Of a stretch of 7,277 nucleotides of DNA, positions 6,760 to 7,277 are shown one piece after another; within the stretch, counting starts at the first letter, position 1, and each line of letters starts with the position of its first letter. The stretch covers positions 348,644-355,920 of the forward strand of contig NZ_CP046218.1 of NCBI RefSeq assembly GCF_012571345.1, given 5' to 3'. The notes under the pieces are model-generated. The model was not told where the DNA came from, ran no database searches, and was given only the letters and a program-made list of their open reading frames with translations. Origin of the DNA: Candidatus Saccharimonadota bacterium. Lineage in GTDB: Bacteria; Pseudomonadota; Gammaproteobacteria; Enterobacterales; Enterobacteriaceae. The translations under genes were made by a program, and so were the position numbers.

Positions 6760-6780
6760 TTTTTTTATGAGTAAAATTTT

Positions 6781-7277
6781 ATGTTACAAAAACTAACAGT
6801 ATTTAGTGGTATACAACCAACTGGTAATTTAACTATTGGTAATTATATAGGTGCTTTAAGTCAATGGGTAATGTTACAAAAACAATATTTATGTATATAC
6901 TGTATAGCTGATTTACATTCTCTAACCGTGATGAAAAATGTTCAGAATGTAAACCAAAATATTTTAGATACATTGTCTATGTTATTAGCTTGTGGCATTA
7001 ATCCAGAAAAAAGTATTATTTTTGCACAATCAAATGTACCACAACATACACAATTAAATTGGATTTTAAATTGTTTTGCTAAGTTTGGTGAATTAAGTAG
7101 AATGACGCAATTTAAAGAAAAATCTCATTGTAATAATACTAATGTTGTTGCTTTATTTAACTATCCCATTTTAATGGCCGCAGATATTTTATTATATGGC
7201 ACACATAAAGTTCCTGTTGGTAAAGATCAAATACAACATTTAGAATTAACTCGTACTCTTGCAAAAAGATTTAATAA
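6781..7277 (+). CDS. trpS: Tryptophan--tRNA ligase, N-terminal about 165 codons (3' end lies outside the window)
   Basis: Manual translation from the ATG at 6781 is open to the window end. It reads [50 protein letters not shown]...[44 protein letters not shown]...[39 protein letters not shown]. This resembles E. coli TrpS ([116 protein letters not shown]). It is absent from the ORF track because no stop lies in the window. Confidence 0.95.
   Translation, partial: MLQKLTVFSGIQPTGNLTIGNYIGALSQWVMLQKQYLCIYCIADLHSLTVMKNVQNVNQNILDTLSMLLACGINPEKSIIFAQSNVPQHTQLNWILNCFAKFGELSRMTQFKEKSHCNNTNVVALFNYPILMAADILLYGTHKVPVGKDQIQHLELTRTLAKRFN

Noticed and set aside
1-7277. Search for CRISPR arrays, IS or transposon ends, integrase or phage remnants, toxin-antitoxin or defence cassettes, tRNA genes and large direct repeats
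   Set aside because: None found. Every ORF of 150 aa or more is a well-known housekeeping orthologue, spacers are 16-212 bp, and I saw no regularly spaced direct repeats and no cloverleaf-capable G+C-enriched segment other than ffs. The window appears to be core genome, not an accessory island.
1-7277. Possible alternative genetic code (UGA read as Trp), as in some tiny symbiont genomes
   Set aside because: Conserved Trp positions are encoded by TGG (for example ARKWRP in dnaX, LWSSKG and YWSHN in htpG, SQW in trpS). No in-frame TGA is needed to keep any gene open. All genes terminate with TAA or TAG at the expected lengths.

Overview
The window is extremely AT-rich (roughly 20% G+C by eye, not counted). 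It is tightly packed, with every gene on the + strand, and uses the standard genetic code: Trp is TGG, stops are TAA or TAG, and there is no in-frame TGA. All coding regions are clear orthologues of core enterobacterial housekeeping genes. The order is rpsF (3' end), rpsR, rplI, ffs (4.5S/SRP RNA), dnaX, htpG, aroK, aroB, rpe and trpS (5' part). Composition, Lys/Ile/Asn-rich proteins and missing accessory genes fit a strongly reduced gammaproteobacterial (Enterobacterales-derived) obligate endosymbiont; I cannot name the species from sequence alone. Relative to E. coli K-12 gene order (from memory), three ancestral blocks are joined and priB, ybaB-recR, damX-dam and gph have been cleanly deleted from inside them. 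I found no CRISPR array, mobile element, toxin-antitoxin or defence-like cassette, large repeat or unexplained long ORF, so I do not claim a novel system. The points worth a second look are: an eroded but structurally intact 4.5S RNA absent from the ORF track; a dnaX that stops at the end of domain III, so it encodes no tau region; a 190-bp htpG-aroK junction spacer with three consecutive inverted repeats; no convincing sigma-32 promoter upstream of htpG; and long in-frame homopolymer tracts. rpsF and trpS run off the window edges and were found by manual translation.
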